From IMG/VR virus record IMGVR_UViG_2541047697_000005: DNA of 44,762 nucleotides; one strand, 5' to 3'. Shown piece after piece: positions 28,339-38,091 of this stretch (position 1 is its first letter; each line of letters opens with the position of its first letter). The position numbers and the translations under genes were made by a program. A model generated the notes under the pieces. The model was not told where the DNA came from and ran no database searches. It worked only from the letters and a program-made list of their open reading frames with translations. The stretch is from a virus (lineage: Duplodnaviria; Heunggongvirae; Uroviricota; Caudoviricetes).

Positions 28339-28646
28339 ATATATTTATGATGAGGACGCTCGTGCTTATTGGCAGGATTTTCAATCTTAAAGGAGTACTG
28401 ATGCTGCAGATAAGACTCAACTTTTTCTGACAATTTTTCTGCTACTTCCAGGAAGACTTGCCGGACGCTCCTTCTGGCTGCTGCCTCATAAAACTCCAGC
28501 GCAGCTCCTTCAACACGGTCCATGGCGACATCCAGGCCAAAAATTTCACCGTCAAAGCGTTCTTTGTCCTGTAAGGCTACAGTTACCGTAACTTTATTCT
28601 CAAAATTACGGACTCCTTTCACAACCAGTTCATAGTCTTGAGTCAT
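28335..28646 (-). CDS. YdfR-like protein (DUF1327)
   Basis: 103-aa ORF between holin and lysozyme, same position as ydfR in Qin. Confidence 0.5.
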
Positions 28647-28650
28647 TGGA

Positions 28651-28866
28651 TTACTCTCCTCTCGCAGCCTTACGCCTGTCTTCTTTAATCTTGAAATAAA
28701 GATTTGTCAGATACGTCAGCAGGCCAAAAACCAGGCTACCCAGCACACCGATTGCAGCCCACTGTGACGGAGTTACTTTATCGAGTAACTGCAATGCCCA
28801 GAAACCAGCATTACCCGCCGATGTGCCATAGGCAACACCTGTTGTTAACTTATCCATTGATTTCAT
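28651..28866 (-). CDS. Holin (EssQ/EssD-like)
   Basis: Start at ATG 28866 (GAGG RBS): [31 protein letters not shown]...[32 protein letters not shown]; small TM protein heading the lysis cassette. Confidence 0.8.
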   Translation of the reverse strand: MKSMDKLTTGVAYGTSAGNAGFWALQLLDKVTPSQWAAIGVLGSLVFGLLTYLTNLYFKIKEDRRKAARGE

Positions 28867-29085
28867 ATCCTCACCCCGATGAACACGGATGGTGCAATAT
28901 GTTTGAAAAGATCGGAGTCTACGGGGTAGTTTTGACAGCACACGCTGTTCTCAACGGCGCTAAAGAAACATACACATTAAAAATGTGAGTAATTATTTTG
29001 AAAGAAAGTCATATATAAAATAATAATACGAGAAATGTTTTCATATTTAGTGTACTGTATACGGCCATTTATACAGGAAAAGCCT

Positions 29086-29256
29086 ATGTCAGAACGTAAA
29101 GACTCAAAATCACGCCGTAATTATCTCGTTAAATGTTCCTGCCCAAACTGCACCCAAGAGTCAGAACACAGTTTTTCAAGAGTACAAAAAGGTGCCCTTT
29201 TGATCTGCCCTCATTGCAACAAAGTATTCCAGACAAATCTTAAAGCTGTAGCCTGA
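29086..29256 (+). CDS. Small zinc-ribbon protein (hypothetical)
   Basis: 56 aa with CSCPNC...CPHC; AGGAAAAG RBS; followed by hairpin terminator. Confidence 0.5.
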   Translation: MSERKDSKSRRNYLVKCSCPNCTQESEHSFSRVQKGALLICPHCNKVFQTNLKAVA

Positions 29257-29314
29257 TTGATTTTATTAGTAACAAGTATTTTTTATATTTTAATAATATA
29301 TTTAAAGCAGATAA

Positions 29315-29338
29315 TAAAAAACCCGCCTGAGCGGGTTT
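29315..29338. terminator. Bidirectional hairpin terminator
   Basis: AAAAAACCCGCCTGAGCGGGTTT. Confidence 0.55.
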
Positions 29339-29619
29339 GAGATTGTGGTGCTTTTTGTGGGAGTCATCCACTTACGCACTTTGTTTTGCCATGCCAGCAG
29401 TTAGCTTCTGCTGTAAAACTATTCATGCAGCAAACCTGCACTTCACCACAATGGTTAGCATACTTTTCCTGATTAAGATTTTGCCAAATATGCTGGCCAT
29501 TGTTTCATGTATTGGACCTCCTTAAATTTTATTAAAGAAATCCAATATTCACTACTCTGTCCGTATCTCTACTCAGGCATCAGCCTTCTTCGTTATCGTA
29601 TACAGACGAGCGATGAATT

Positions 29620-29835
29620 TTAATCAGTAATGATGACATTTGCTGCTGCAGGACCTTTAGCACCACTCTCTATAGAGAAGGTAACCTTTTGACCTTCAAA
29701 TAAGGTTCGATAATTATCATTCTGAATCGCAGAAAAATGCACAAACACATCTTTACTACCATCAACAGGAGAAATAAAGCCGAAACCTTTATCAGCGTTA
29801 AACCATTTTACTAAACCAGTCATTTTATTTGACAT
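29620..29835 (-). CDS. cspB: Cold-shock protein CspB-like
   Basis: [67 protein letters not shown]... Confidence 0.85.
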   Translation of the reverse strand: MSNKMTGLVKWFNADKGFGFISPVDGSKDVFVHFSAIQNDNYRTLFEGQKVTFSIESGAKGPAAANVIITD

Positions 29836-30135
29836 TCTACATTCCTTAACTTGAGCCTTTCGGCATAAATGGTTTGCATAACAGAAACGACTTCGTACTT
29901 AATTGGAGAGACTCAAAGAAGGAATAAGTGAATAACACCTGAAATGAGAACTGCTTTAGTAAACTACTTCGTATATCGTCTGTTCTTCAAACCGACGCAA
30001 TCATTAACGCATAGTTGAACATATGAAGCAATGTTTATTTTAGACATCCAGCCATCTTCAACCCCATCAAAAAACTATAGCTTTCTTCAGGAACGTGTGT
30101 ATAGTGCGCCAAGTTATCAGTATTAAGGAATTTTT

Positions 30136-30348
30136 TTGTCCCGTAAAATGACAGGAATTGTCAAAACCTTTGACGGCAAAAGCGGCAAGGGTCTTATCAC
30201 CCCATCCGATGGTCGTATCGATGTCCAGCTTCATGTTTCAGCGCTCAATCTCCGCGATGCAGAAGAAATTACCACCGGATTACGCGTGGAATTTTGCCGG
30301 ATAAATGGTCTGCGTGGCCCTTCAGCTGCCAATGTTTACCTTTCATGA
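30136..30348 (+). CDS. cspF: Cold-shock-domain protein CspF/CspH-like
   Basis: [70 protein letters not shown]; divergent from cspB. Confidence 0.8.
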
Positions 30349-30640
30349 GCTATATTAAAGCTTTAATTTCAGGCCCCATCGGATCACACATGGAGAGTTT
30401 TTATGAATAACCCCGTCTGTCTTGATGACTGGTTGATTGGCTTTAAAAGCTTATGCTGTACTTTGGCCGTAATAGCTCTGCTAATAATATAATAAGCAGA
30501 CTCATTGTGTTTAGGGACATTGTACTGGAAGAAAACATTTTAAACATCAGGCAAATAACCAAGTCACCAGCTAAATAATAAGTTAACAGACATGAGTCCC
30601 GGGATGAGATTCAACATTACCATTGCCCCATTTAAAGCAC

Positions 30641-30668
30641 AAAACCCGCTCATCAGCGGGTTTTCTAC
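30641..30668 (-). terminator. tR'-like terminator downstream of late promoter
   Basis: AAAACCCGCTGATGAGCGGGTTTT hairpin about 40-60 nt downstream of the predicted late promoter. Confidence 0.55.
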
Positions 30669-30707
30669 TTTTTCTTAACGTCGGGTATACAAAGCCCATC
30701 ATTGAAA

Positions 30708-30740
30708 AAATTTTATCCATATTTTTTGAAAAATGCAAAC
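30708..30740 (-). promoter_or_regulatory. Late promoter pR'-like (TTGCAT-N17-TAAAAT) just downstream of Q
   Basis: Minus strand TTGCATTTTTCAAAAAATATGGATAAAAT: near-consensus -35/-10 with 17-bp spacer; position matches lambda pR'/qut. Confidence 0.6.
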
Positions 30741-30769
30741 ATCATGTCGCCATCTTCAGCAAAAATCAT

Positions 30770-31522
30770 TTATCTCGTCACCTTCCTCAATTGCGCTTCC
30801 GCGTATGCTTCTTCCTGCCAGCACTTTGTTACCAGTTTACCAATGACGTCCGCATACCCCTTATACCACTGATAATCGGTCAGGTCTGGTACCAGCTTCT
30901 GGACATGACGTCGTGCCAGCGTGGTCGGTAAACGACTAAACCGGTTTCCATTACAACGCCCACAAATCTTATATACCGGTACGCCATGAAACCGGGTTCT
31001 TTTTTCATCCAGAACAATCCCTTTACCCTTACACCCTCTGCACGCTGTGCTGACTTCGCCCTTACCATGGCAATGCTGACATAGTTCCTTCACCCATTCT
31101 TCCTTGATTACAGATTCCCCGCGTCTGTAGTGTTTCACCACTTCGCGCAATACATTATAAAATCCCGTACCTGAACAATGCTCACAGCGAGCCTTACTTG
31201 CCGCAGACCTGGAGTAATCAGCAAAGGCAAAACTCACGAGGTAAGGAATAATCTGTAACCGGATTTCTTCACTCAATTTGTTCAATGTCGGGTTATCCAG
31301 TGCCATCGCGTAATTGAGCAGACCTTCAATCGCAAACTGAGGATCCTGAACACCAACTTTTGCCAGGAATAAGGCAAAACCAAGCGGAGCTTTCGACTGC
31401 ACCATCCCCTGCGCAGCCATCACATCTGTTATTGTTAAACCACCCGAGCCTGTCGCCGGTGCGTCATCACTCAATTTTGGAGATTTTGGGGAGTAATATT
31501 TTGGTAAAGCTTCAAGGTTCAT
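30770..31522 (-). CDS. Antitermination protein Q (QuuQ-like)
   Basis: 250 aa with cysteine clusters CEHCSGTG, CQHCHGKG, CRGCKGKG, CGRCNG; located before late promoter and lysis genes. Confidence 0.75.
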   Translation of the reverse strand: MNLEALPKYYSPKSPKLSDDAPATGSGGLTITDVMAAQGMVQSKAPLGFALFLAKVGVQDPQFAIEGLLNYAMALDNPTLNKLSEEIRLQIIPYLVSFAFADYSRSAASKARCEHCSGTGFYNVLREVVKHYRRGESVIKEEWVKELCQHCHGKGEVSTACRGCKGKGIVLDEKRTRFHGVPVYKICGRCNGNRFSRLPTTLARRHVQKLVPDLTDYQWYKGYADVIGKLVTKCWQEEAYAEAQLRKVTR

Positions 31523-31535
31523 GCTCGTTCTCCAC

Positions 31536-32585
31536 TTACGCCAGTACGCCTATTGCCAGCGCACGATCGATAAAACGAAATATCAGCTCCAGCTGGGAGC
31601 CATACTTCTCTTCAAATGCCACGGTATTCGCATGCAGCTCGTCGTGATGCTTTCTGCACAAAGGCAACACAAAGAGATCATGTGCTTTGGTTCCCATTCC
31701 ACCCTGCCCGTGACCAATCAGATGATGCGGATCGTCGGCTGGCATACCGCAGCAAGCACACGGCTGTGTCTTAACCCAGCGTGTGTATTTCTCCTTAACC
31801 CAACGGTGACGTTTAGGCAGCTTCATGAAAGATTCCGGAGACTCTGGATCAACGGTGATGCTTACCACCGTCTTTTCCTGTGATGGGTTTTGTTGCTGGT
31901 GGGCGTGAGGCAACGGTGCAAGATTTTTTGTGCGCTGTTTCAATATGCTGGTGGCGGTCTGCTCTCCCGGTACGATGTCGCTTTCGCGGTACACCGAGCA
32001 GTTTTTTTCCGCTGGTAATCCCAGCGAGCGACGTAATACCGCTTCCGGTAGCGCGTCCGCCACCTGATTGCGGACCGCCCACCAGGATAATTCAGCCAGA
32101 GATAATTCACGCTCCTGCGTACCGCTTATTGCGTGACCGATGACGTCAATCATCCATGCTGACAGGTTTTGATGAGCAAGTTGCTCGAGTGATTCGGATG
32201 TCTGGTCACGCAGCTGGTTGTCGCAGTGCCAGCACAACACCATTGCGCCGGTACCATAACGGTGAATAACGGTTTCGCTGTGATGATAATCGCCGTGTGG
32301 CCACTGGCAGGATTTAATATTGCGCAACAGCCAGTCAGACAATGCACCAGCACCACCAGCAGCACGAATTACCCGTGCGTTACTGAAAAACGGCAGCAAT
32401 GTTTTGTCTTCCACCAGCGGCTGGCGAACGGTAGGAACGACCCCGGACGGCAGATTACGCATGCTTTTCGGTTCCGGCTCCACTAGTACCCGGGTATTGT
32501 GGAATACCGGCATGGATTCACGGCCCGGCTTAACGACCACCAGCCCGAGTTCCGGTACCAGAACAGGTCGAAGTAATACCCGCAC
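31536..32585 (-). CDS. DUF968-family protein (YdfU-like)
   Basis: 349 aa, C-terminal cysteine/histidine motif CACCGMPADDPHHLIGHGQGGMGTKAHDLFVLPLCRKHHDELH; position as ydfU in Qin. Confidence 0.6.
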   Translation of the reverse strand: MRVLLRPVLVPELGLVVVKPGRESMPVFHNTRVLVEPEPKSMRNLPSGVVPTVRQPLVEDKTLLPFFSNARVIRAAGGAGALSDWLLRNIKSCQWPHGDYHHSETVIHRYGTGAMVLCWHCDNQLRDQTSESLEQLAHQNLSAWMIDVIGHAISGTQERELSLAELSWWAVRNQVADALPEAVLRRSLGLPAEKNCSVYRESDIVPGEQTATSILKQRTKNLAPLPHAHQQQNPSQEKTVVSITVDPESPESFMKLPKRHRWVKEKYTRWVKTQPCACCGMPADDPHHLIGHGQGGMGTKAHDLFVLPLCRKHHDELHANTVAFEEKYGSQLELIFRFIDRALAIGVLA

Positions 32586-32586
32586 G

Positions 32587-32865
32587 TTACCTCCAGATGC
32601 GTTGCTGGAATGTACGGGACGGACGCGGTGGGCGTTCGGAGTAAGGCAATCTGACTGAGATTATCCAGTGACGGTAGTCGAGACTAAGGGCTTTCTTAAC
32701 CTCGTATCCGCGCCTGCGGTAACACTGAATTATCCATTCAGCCTGCTCTTCAGTGCATGGAGGGTGTTGGAACCATTCAGACTTGAATGCGTAAGAATAC
32801 CGCTCGTGCGTGCAGACAAGAACGGGCGAATTATCAGAATTGTAATATTTTACGTTGCGTGCCAT
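32587..32865 (-). CDS. Hypothetical protein (Rem position)
   Basis: 92-aa ORF tightly packed after the DUF968 gene. Confidence 0.45.
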   Translation of the reverse strand: MARNVKYYNSDNSPVLVCTHERYSYAFKSEWFQHPPCTEEQAEWIIQCYRRRGYEVKKALSLDYRHWIISVRLPYSERPPRPSRTFQQRIWR

Positions 32866-32931
32866 CGGTTTTCTCCGGTGGCACGGTGTTACTCAGCGGG
32901 AGTTCAGCCCCGCGCAAGATTGTAGATGAGT

Positions 32932-33183
32932 TTATTCTTCTGCAAAAGCTGAAAAGCCTGCTTTTATTCCGATCTCTTTCAGTGCCTGTAATGAAGTGAC
33001 AAACTCACCTTCGCGCAAGATAAATCCGTCTGTCACTCGACCATCCACAAAATTAATTAACGCAGCCCCATTCTTTCGCAAACACATAATGCGGTAATGA
33101 CTAACAAGATTTCCATTTTCAACGCACACAGCATAGAGGCCATCTTCACAAAAAATTTTACGCAGTTCTTCGATGTTCATCAT
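32932..33183 (-). CDS. Hypothetical protein
   Basis: 83-aa ORF MMNIEELRKIFCEDGLYAV... Confidence 0.45.
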   Translation of the reverse strand: MMNIEELRKIFCEDGLYAVCVENGNLVSHYRIMCLRKNGAALINFVDGRVTDGFILREGEFVTSLQALKEIGIKAGFSAFAEE

Positions 33184-33300
33184 CAGAATCCTTCCGGATA
33201 ATTAGCTCTCCCCTTTAAGGGACCATCCCTCTTATCCCTGCGCGCTACTTAAGTATTTTTGATTCTATTCCGGCACCGTCCAGAACTTCAAACGCGTTGA

Positions 33301-33319
33301 AAATAAAAACAAAAACCCG
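33301..33319 (-). terminator. Rho-independent terminator of hok mRNA
   Basis: Minus strand CCCGCTTCGGCGGG hairpin followed by TTTTTGTTTTTATTTT. Confidence 0.6.
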
Positions 33320-33399
33320 CCGAAGCGGGTTAAGTGCGGGTGCGTTGAGGATGCCTGCCACATCAGAGGTGGCGAGGGATTTCTCCCTCGCCGAGTCTC

Positions 33400-33555
33400 T
33401 TACTCCTCAGGTTCGTAAGCTGTGAAGACAGCGACCTCCGTCTGGCCGGTTCGGATTCGTACCTCGCAGAGGTCTTTCCTCGTTACCAGTGCCGTCACTA
33501 TGACGGTTAAACAGATGACGATCAGGGCGATTAACATCGCCTTTTGCTGCTTCAT
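33400..33555 (-). CDS. hokD: Hok-family type I toxin
   Basis: MKQQKAMLIALIVICLTVIVTALVTRKDLCEVRIRTGQTEVAVFTAYEPEE; upstream leader has long inverted repeat typical of hok mRNAs. Confidence 0.85.
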   Translation of the reverse strand: MKQQKAMLIALIVICLTVIVTALVTRKDLCEVRIRTGQTEVAVFTAYEPEE

Positions 33556-34058
33556 AGCCTGCTTCTCCTTGCCTTCCGGCACGTAAGAGGCTAACCTACA
33601 TGTGTCTAGCATGAAATTGGCCTCAGATTAATGTTAAGCGTCTTGCAGGACGCGTAATGTTAACTGGGGCTTTTCTCTATCTGCCTTTGGTGTTCATGCC
33701 CGAGGCAGATAGCCTCAAGCACCCGCAGCCATTCTACTTAACTACCTTTACCTCGCCAATATGAAATCAGTCAGAAAGGCGATCCATAAGAACAATAGCA
33801 AGACAATAAATTGCCATTACAGCCGCAATAGCCAGCGCACACTTGAGAACCAGCACGACAACCTCCTGTATTGGACGTACACCAGTCCTGATAAATATGA
33901 GGCGGCCTCTTAAGTGATTCAATACAACTATTAGGTATAATTAGTCAGATTTTTTCTGTGGAAATGGGACATTACAACCTATCGCCACCAACAATTGAGA
34001 CGCTAATCGCCCCATCTCGTAACCTTATCCAAAACGGGGCCTAAATCATGGCAATTGA

Positions 34059-34280
34059 CTAACGTTTCTGAGTAGATAATGCCCTGAAGTAAGCGTTGCT
34101 AATCGATTGATAAATCTCAATATCTTCAGAACCTGCAAGTTCGACATACTCACTCTCACATGTAGACGGTTGAGCAGTGTGTTGGACACTTCTCGTGTTC
34201 GAGTGGATTGTTCCTATACTAACTTCTGTTAATATAGGTAGTTCCAACTGGTTTCTGTCGTTTTTTTTCATATAAATCAC
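34059..34280 (-). CDS. Hypothetical protein downstream of the deaminase gene
   Basis: 73-aa AT-rich ORF overlapping the stop of the deaminase ORF. Confidence 0.35.
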   Translation of the reverse strand: MIYMKKNDRNQLELPILTEVSIGTIHSNTRSVQHTAQPSTCESEYVELAGSEDIEIYQSISNAYFRALSTQKR

Positions 34281-35914
34281 TCAAGCCTCAACAAGTTAAG
34301 TTTATTACTATCAACTTCAGCAATAACTACCTGTTCTAATTTAGGAATCGCTTTGAGACTAACGCTATCCACAGGCATAGCCGCACCCTCTGTCGCTAAC
34401 TCTAGCACCCCAGCTTTAGATTTTCGAGATCCAGATTCAAAAAGCTCAAGAAACCTAGTTGGAGCTACTCCATCAAATTGTATCAATTTCACTTTTTCAT
34501 CAGTCTCGATTACTGATTCGGTCATCGCATCCGAATGAAGTTTAAGAGCTAAGCTTTTTCTATACGGCTCAATAAAATATACTTCAGAGATACCAGAAGC
34601 GATAATATGCCTTGCGCAGGAATGACATGGATAGGTTGTTACAAATATTTTTCCGCCTAAAATTCTTTCTCCTGCCACACGAGATGCGCCAAGAATCGCG
34701 TGCATTTCTGCATGAACCGCTCTTGAAAACTCTATTAAATCTTTTAATCGTGAGTTTTTTATAATAGTTTGAATCGCCGCTTCTCTTTTTTTTACAGGGA
34801 TTATTTTTTCCTGTACAAGGCTATCAATGACAACTTCAGCCAATATTCTCTTTTCCGCATCATTCGAGCAATTTCTATTTTGTAATGTATAACAACGATG
34901 ATCAGGATCAATAACTTTTAAGCGGATAGATTGTTTACCATAGAGACCACCACCATTACGAGGCACATCATTCCAACCGGTAGAAAGAAGTTCTCCAGAT
35001 GAAGATGTTACTGCAGCACCAACTTGTCTTGATAGACATGCAGAATTACGAGCCGCTGAGGTGGCTGCATACATTGCATTTTCCTCTTCAGTCGGTGATA
35101 TAACTGAACTCCTAAAAATTAGCTTAAAGAAACGTTCCAGTTTAGATAGAATTTGGCCTTTAGCATCGGCATTTCCTGGCTCTGCCAACCCACTGTCAAC
35201 CCGCAAAAAGTAATCACACTTCGGGAAAGTGTCTCTAACTGATTGCCCATGATCGAACTCTTCACCAGAATCAGTATTGATTAGTTCAGCAATATCTTCA
35301 ACGCTTAGTCTATTAATTTTTGAAAGATTTTCACGCCTTGCCTCTAAAGGGGAAAATACACCTATAGAGAAAATCATTTTTCCATAGATTGATTTCAACA
35401 ACTCAAGCTCAGAAGAGTTTTTAACTGAGTCAATAATATGACAAATTTTTTGATTTTTAATCTTACTCGCTTCCCCTTTGCTGGATTCATTAACAATATC
35501 ATCAAATTCACCAAAGTTTTTTTTACGCTCGGCGCTAATTTTAGCAATAGCTAATTTTGCAAGAATATCACTACCATAAATTTCACGAAGTTTATCACCC
35601 ACAGTTATAAGTGACTTGAATTTCTTTAGATTAGTGCTTTCATCAATATTAATTGATGTATATTTTGAATTAATCCGGATTAGATCACTCAAGCGTATGT
35701 CGTATGTTTTATAGCCATATTTTTTAAGCGAGAATGATATCTGCTCAGCAGTCTCATGTAGCGGTGAACCAATTGGCCCACAAAGTGCGATTATAATCTC
35801 TGGAGTAACACTGTCTTTTATTTCTTGAGTTGCATTAATTGTTGACAGCTCGGCAACATCATCATTCCCAACAAGTTGAAACTCTTGACTTTTATCTAAG
35901 GCTGTGCCTTGCAT
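34277..35914 (-). CDS. AvcD/DCD-like deoxycytidylate (dCTP) deaminase, putative anti-phage defence protein
   Basis: 545 aa; C-terminal zinc deaminase motifs HAEMHAI and PCHSCARHI; N-terminal atypical P-loop GPIGSP; visibly AT-rich. Confidence 0.6.
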   Translation of the reverse strand: MQGTALDKSQEFQLVGNDDVAELSTINATQEIKDSVTPEIIIALCGPIGSPLHETAEQISFSLKKYGYKTYDIRLSDLIRINSKYTSINIDESTNLKKFKSLITVGDKLREIYGSDILAKLAIAKISAERKKNFGEFDDIVNESSKGEASKIKNQKICHIIDSVKNSSELELLKSIYGKMIFSIGVFSPLEARRENLSKINRLSVEDIAELINTDSGEEFDHGQSVRDTFPKCDYFLRVDSGLAEPGNADAKGQILSKLERFFKLIFRSSVISPTEEENAMYAATSAARNSACLSRQVGAAVTSSSGELLSTGWNDVPRNGGGLYGKQSIRLKVIDPDHRCYTLQNRNCSNDAEKRILAEVVIDSLVQEKIIPVKKREAAIQTIIKNSRLKDLIEFSRAVHAEMHAILGASRVAGERILGGKIFVTTYPCHSCARHIIASGISEVYFIEPYRKSLALKLHSDAMTESVIETDEKVKLIQFDGVAPTRFLELFESGSRKSKAGVLELATEGAAMPVDSVSLKAIPKLEQVVIAEVDSNKLNLLRLE

Positions 35915-36205
35915 GCCCTTATCCTAATTAATAGTATTTTTCCCTCTTTATAGCTAATTAAGATAAATGTTGCAAAGTAATATTGCACATGAAACTTGAG
36001 TTAGTAATCCTTTTGACTAGATGGTTTGACCTGCGCCCTATAGATAAACACACTACGCTGTTAGCAACGTTCGCTTCTGGCACAAAGCAGGCACCACACT
36101 AGTTCTTCCCTGTACCATAAAAATGTCAATTCACATATGAACAAATGCTATTTAATCTAAAAATGTCTATAAATACCGTGTAATTCACTGATAAAATGCC
36201 AATAT

Positions 36206-36583
36206 TCACTGAATAACTTCACTCCTCCGGTACTCGCGACAGATTATGTTTAGGTGACTGTCGTAGCGACGTATTTCTCCGTCAGGTAATGACCAGATAA
36301 GGTCCGGATCAACCACAGCGGGTTTCTTCACCTTCGCCCTAGAGAGTTTTTTGCGGGCATTTTGCCAGTCCTTTCGTGCCTGTTGAGACGGGAATAACGC
36401 GTAGCCGGAGTTGTATACATAACAACTGGCAACCAGCTCTCTGGCAAGAATGCTCATCAGATATCTTGTCGCACCTGTCTTGGCTTCCAGTTGCCGTAAC
36501 GTCTCACGACCGCTCTGGCGCACGAGTTCCACCACCTGCCCTTTAATTTTTTCCCGCTCTTCTTGTGTAAAAACTTTTGCCAC
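36206..36583 (-). CDS. Hypothetical protein
   Basis: 125-aa basic ORF downstream of replication gene. Confidence 0.45.
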   Translation of the reverse strand: MAKVFTQEEREKIKGQVVELVRQSGRETLRQLEAKTGATRYLMSILARELVASCYVYNSGYALFPSQQARKDWQNARKKLSRAKVKKPAVVDPDLIWSLPDGEIRRYDSHLNIICREYRRSEVIQ

Positions 36584-36623
36584 AAGTCCCCCTTAAAATT
36601 ACCTCATGACCTGAAATCAACAC

Positions 36624-37643
36624 TTATCCCCTGAAACCAGGCGGAATTTCGGTATCCGGTTCAGAAATATGATTCACACAACGCTTTATTGGCGAACGCC
36701 CCAGGCGAATAACCAGCTCATCCCATTTTTCGCGAAGCTTTGACGGACTCATGATGTTTTTGACCCAGAATGGATCTCGCTGTACCCGACCAAACATTTC
36801 GCAAATTTGTCTGTGGCTTCTGCCATCCAGCATCCGCATTGTGCGCACGTCATTGGCCCAGGCAGTCCAGTTAGGCTCTTTTGGTCGCATGATCTCGCCA
36901 TCATCACTGGCGGCCTGTTCGTAGAGACCCACGATCCGCCCCCAGATCCACTGCGCACACGCCAAATCCTCCTGGCTACCCCACTGCCGTTTTTTCGCAC
37001 TAAACACAACTGCGTCAGGGTGCCGGATTAAAAAATCCTGTTCAGCCGTCTGCTGGTCCGGTTGCAAAGCTTCCGGACGAAAAGTGTTTTTATTCTCTGT
37101 AGTAATCTCTGTTGTATTCTCTGTAGGATCATCGGGCCATTTTGACCCGATGACATTGGGTCGTTTTGAACCAATGGAGCGTTTCATTTTGACCTCTTCC
37201 ATCATGTCATTTTGACCTGATGGAGCGACGCATTTTGAACTGATGGATTCGCTCAATTTGCCACCATCTAAAAGATCGCTCCCGTAGTTGATCGTGTAGA
37301 AATTGGTCATGTCGCGCTTTGATTTATTGAGCTTTTCGCAACGCAAAAGCCCCAGCGTTTTCAGACTTGCAAACGCGCGCTTTAACGTTGACTCTGACCA
37401 GAATGGGAACTGCGCCAGCCATTGTTCCGTTGTGTTGTAAATCCAGCGAACACCATCGCATTCCATGCCGGAATTGGTATCTCTCAACCAGTAATGCAGT
37501 TGCTGCAACACAATGGCTTCGTTTAAGCCAATCTTCATCGCAAGCTGTGTGTTTATAACCAGTGGGCGTTCAGCAAAAAGAAGGCTCATAATTCCATCCA
37601 GCTTTTTGTTGGTATTGCTGTCGATACGCAAGCTTGAAAGCAA
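36624..37643 (-). CDS. Phage replication initiation protein (start uncertain)
   Basis: N-terminal HTH-like segment LNEAIVLQQLHYWLRDTNSGMECDGVRWIYNTTEQWLAQFPFWSESTLKRAF; downstream of cro-like gene as in lambdoid O/P region. Confidence 0.55.
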   Translation of the reverse strand: MLSSLRIDSNTNKKLDGIMSLLFAERPLVINTQLAMKIGLNEAIVLQQLHYWLRDTNSGMECDGVRWIYNTTEQWLAQFPFWSESTLKRAFASLKTLGLLRCEKLNKSKRDMTNFYTINYGSDLLDGGKLSESISSKCVAPSGQNDMMEEVKMKRSIGSKRPNVIGSKWPDDPTENTTEITTENKNTFRPEALQPDQQTAEQDFLIRHPDAVVFSAKKRQWGSQEDLACAQWIWGRIVGLYEQAASDDGEIMRPKEPNWTAWANDVRTMRMLDGRSHRQICEMFGRVQRDPFWVKNIMSPSKLREKWDELVIRLGRSPIKRCVNHISEPDTEIPPGFRG

Positions 37644-38091
37644 TTGCTTTTTCTATAAGTTCGTCAGTTTCACGATCTACAACGGCAGGATCTGCAAAAA
37701 GCAGTCCGGACTCCACCACATCGCCATATTCTTTATTTAACCCAGCGATCATGTACGTAATACTCTTTCCGTCACTAATTTCACGATACAACCTGAAATC
37801 ACTAATCCGGATAGCCTCCATAATTGCAGGCACTAGCGCTGTGAACTTTTCACGCTTATCCCTGGTGTCGATAGCCTTCCAGCGTTCGAATATCTTCACT
37901 CGATTAACGCTAAGCGCTCGCTGATCAACCGCGCCACCTTCATATGTGACACGCTGAACATCGATGTTCGGGCGCTCTTTCAAAGCCCAGAATGCTTCAG
38001 TGATTAATATCGTCGCCTGCTCCTGTGTCATTCCTGGTCGACATATCCAGGCATCCAGAGCCTCACGAGCCTGTTCAGGAGTGATTTTCAT
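37570..38091 (-). CDS. Hypothetical protein (YdaT-like position next to Cro-like gene)
   Basis: 173-aa ORF directly after dicC. Confidence 0.45.
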   Translation of the reverse strand: MKITPEQAREALDAWICRPGMTQEQATILITEAFWALKERPNIDVQRVTYEGGAVDQRALSVNRVKIFERWKAIDTRDKREKFTALVPAIMEAIRISDFRLYREISDGKSITYMIAGLNKEYGDVVESGLLFADPAVVDRETDELIEKAIAFKLAYRQQYQQKAGWNYEPSFC

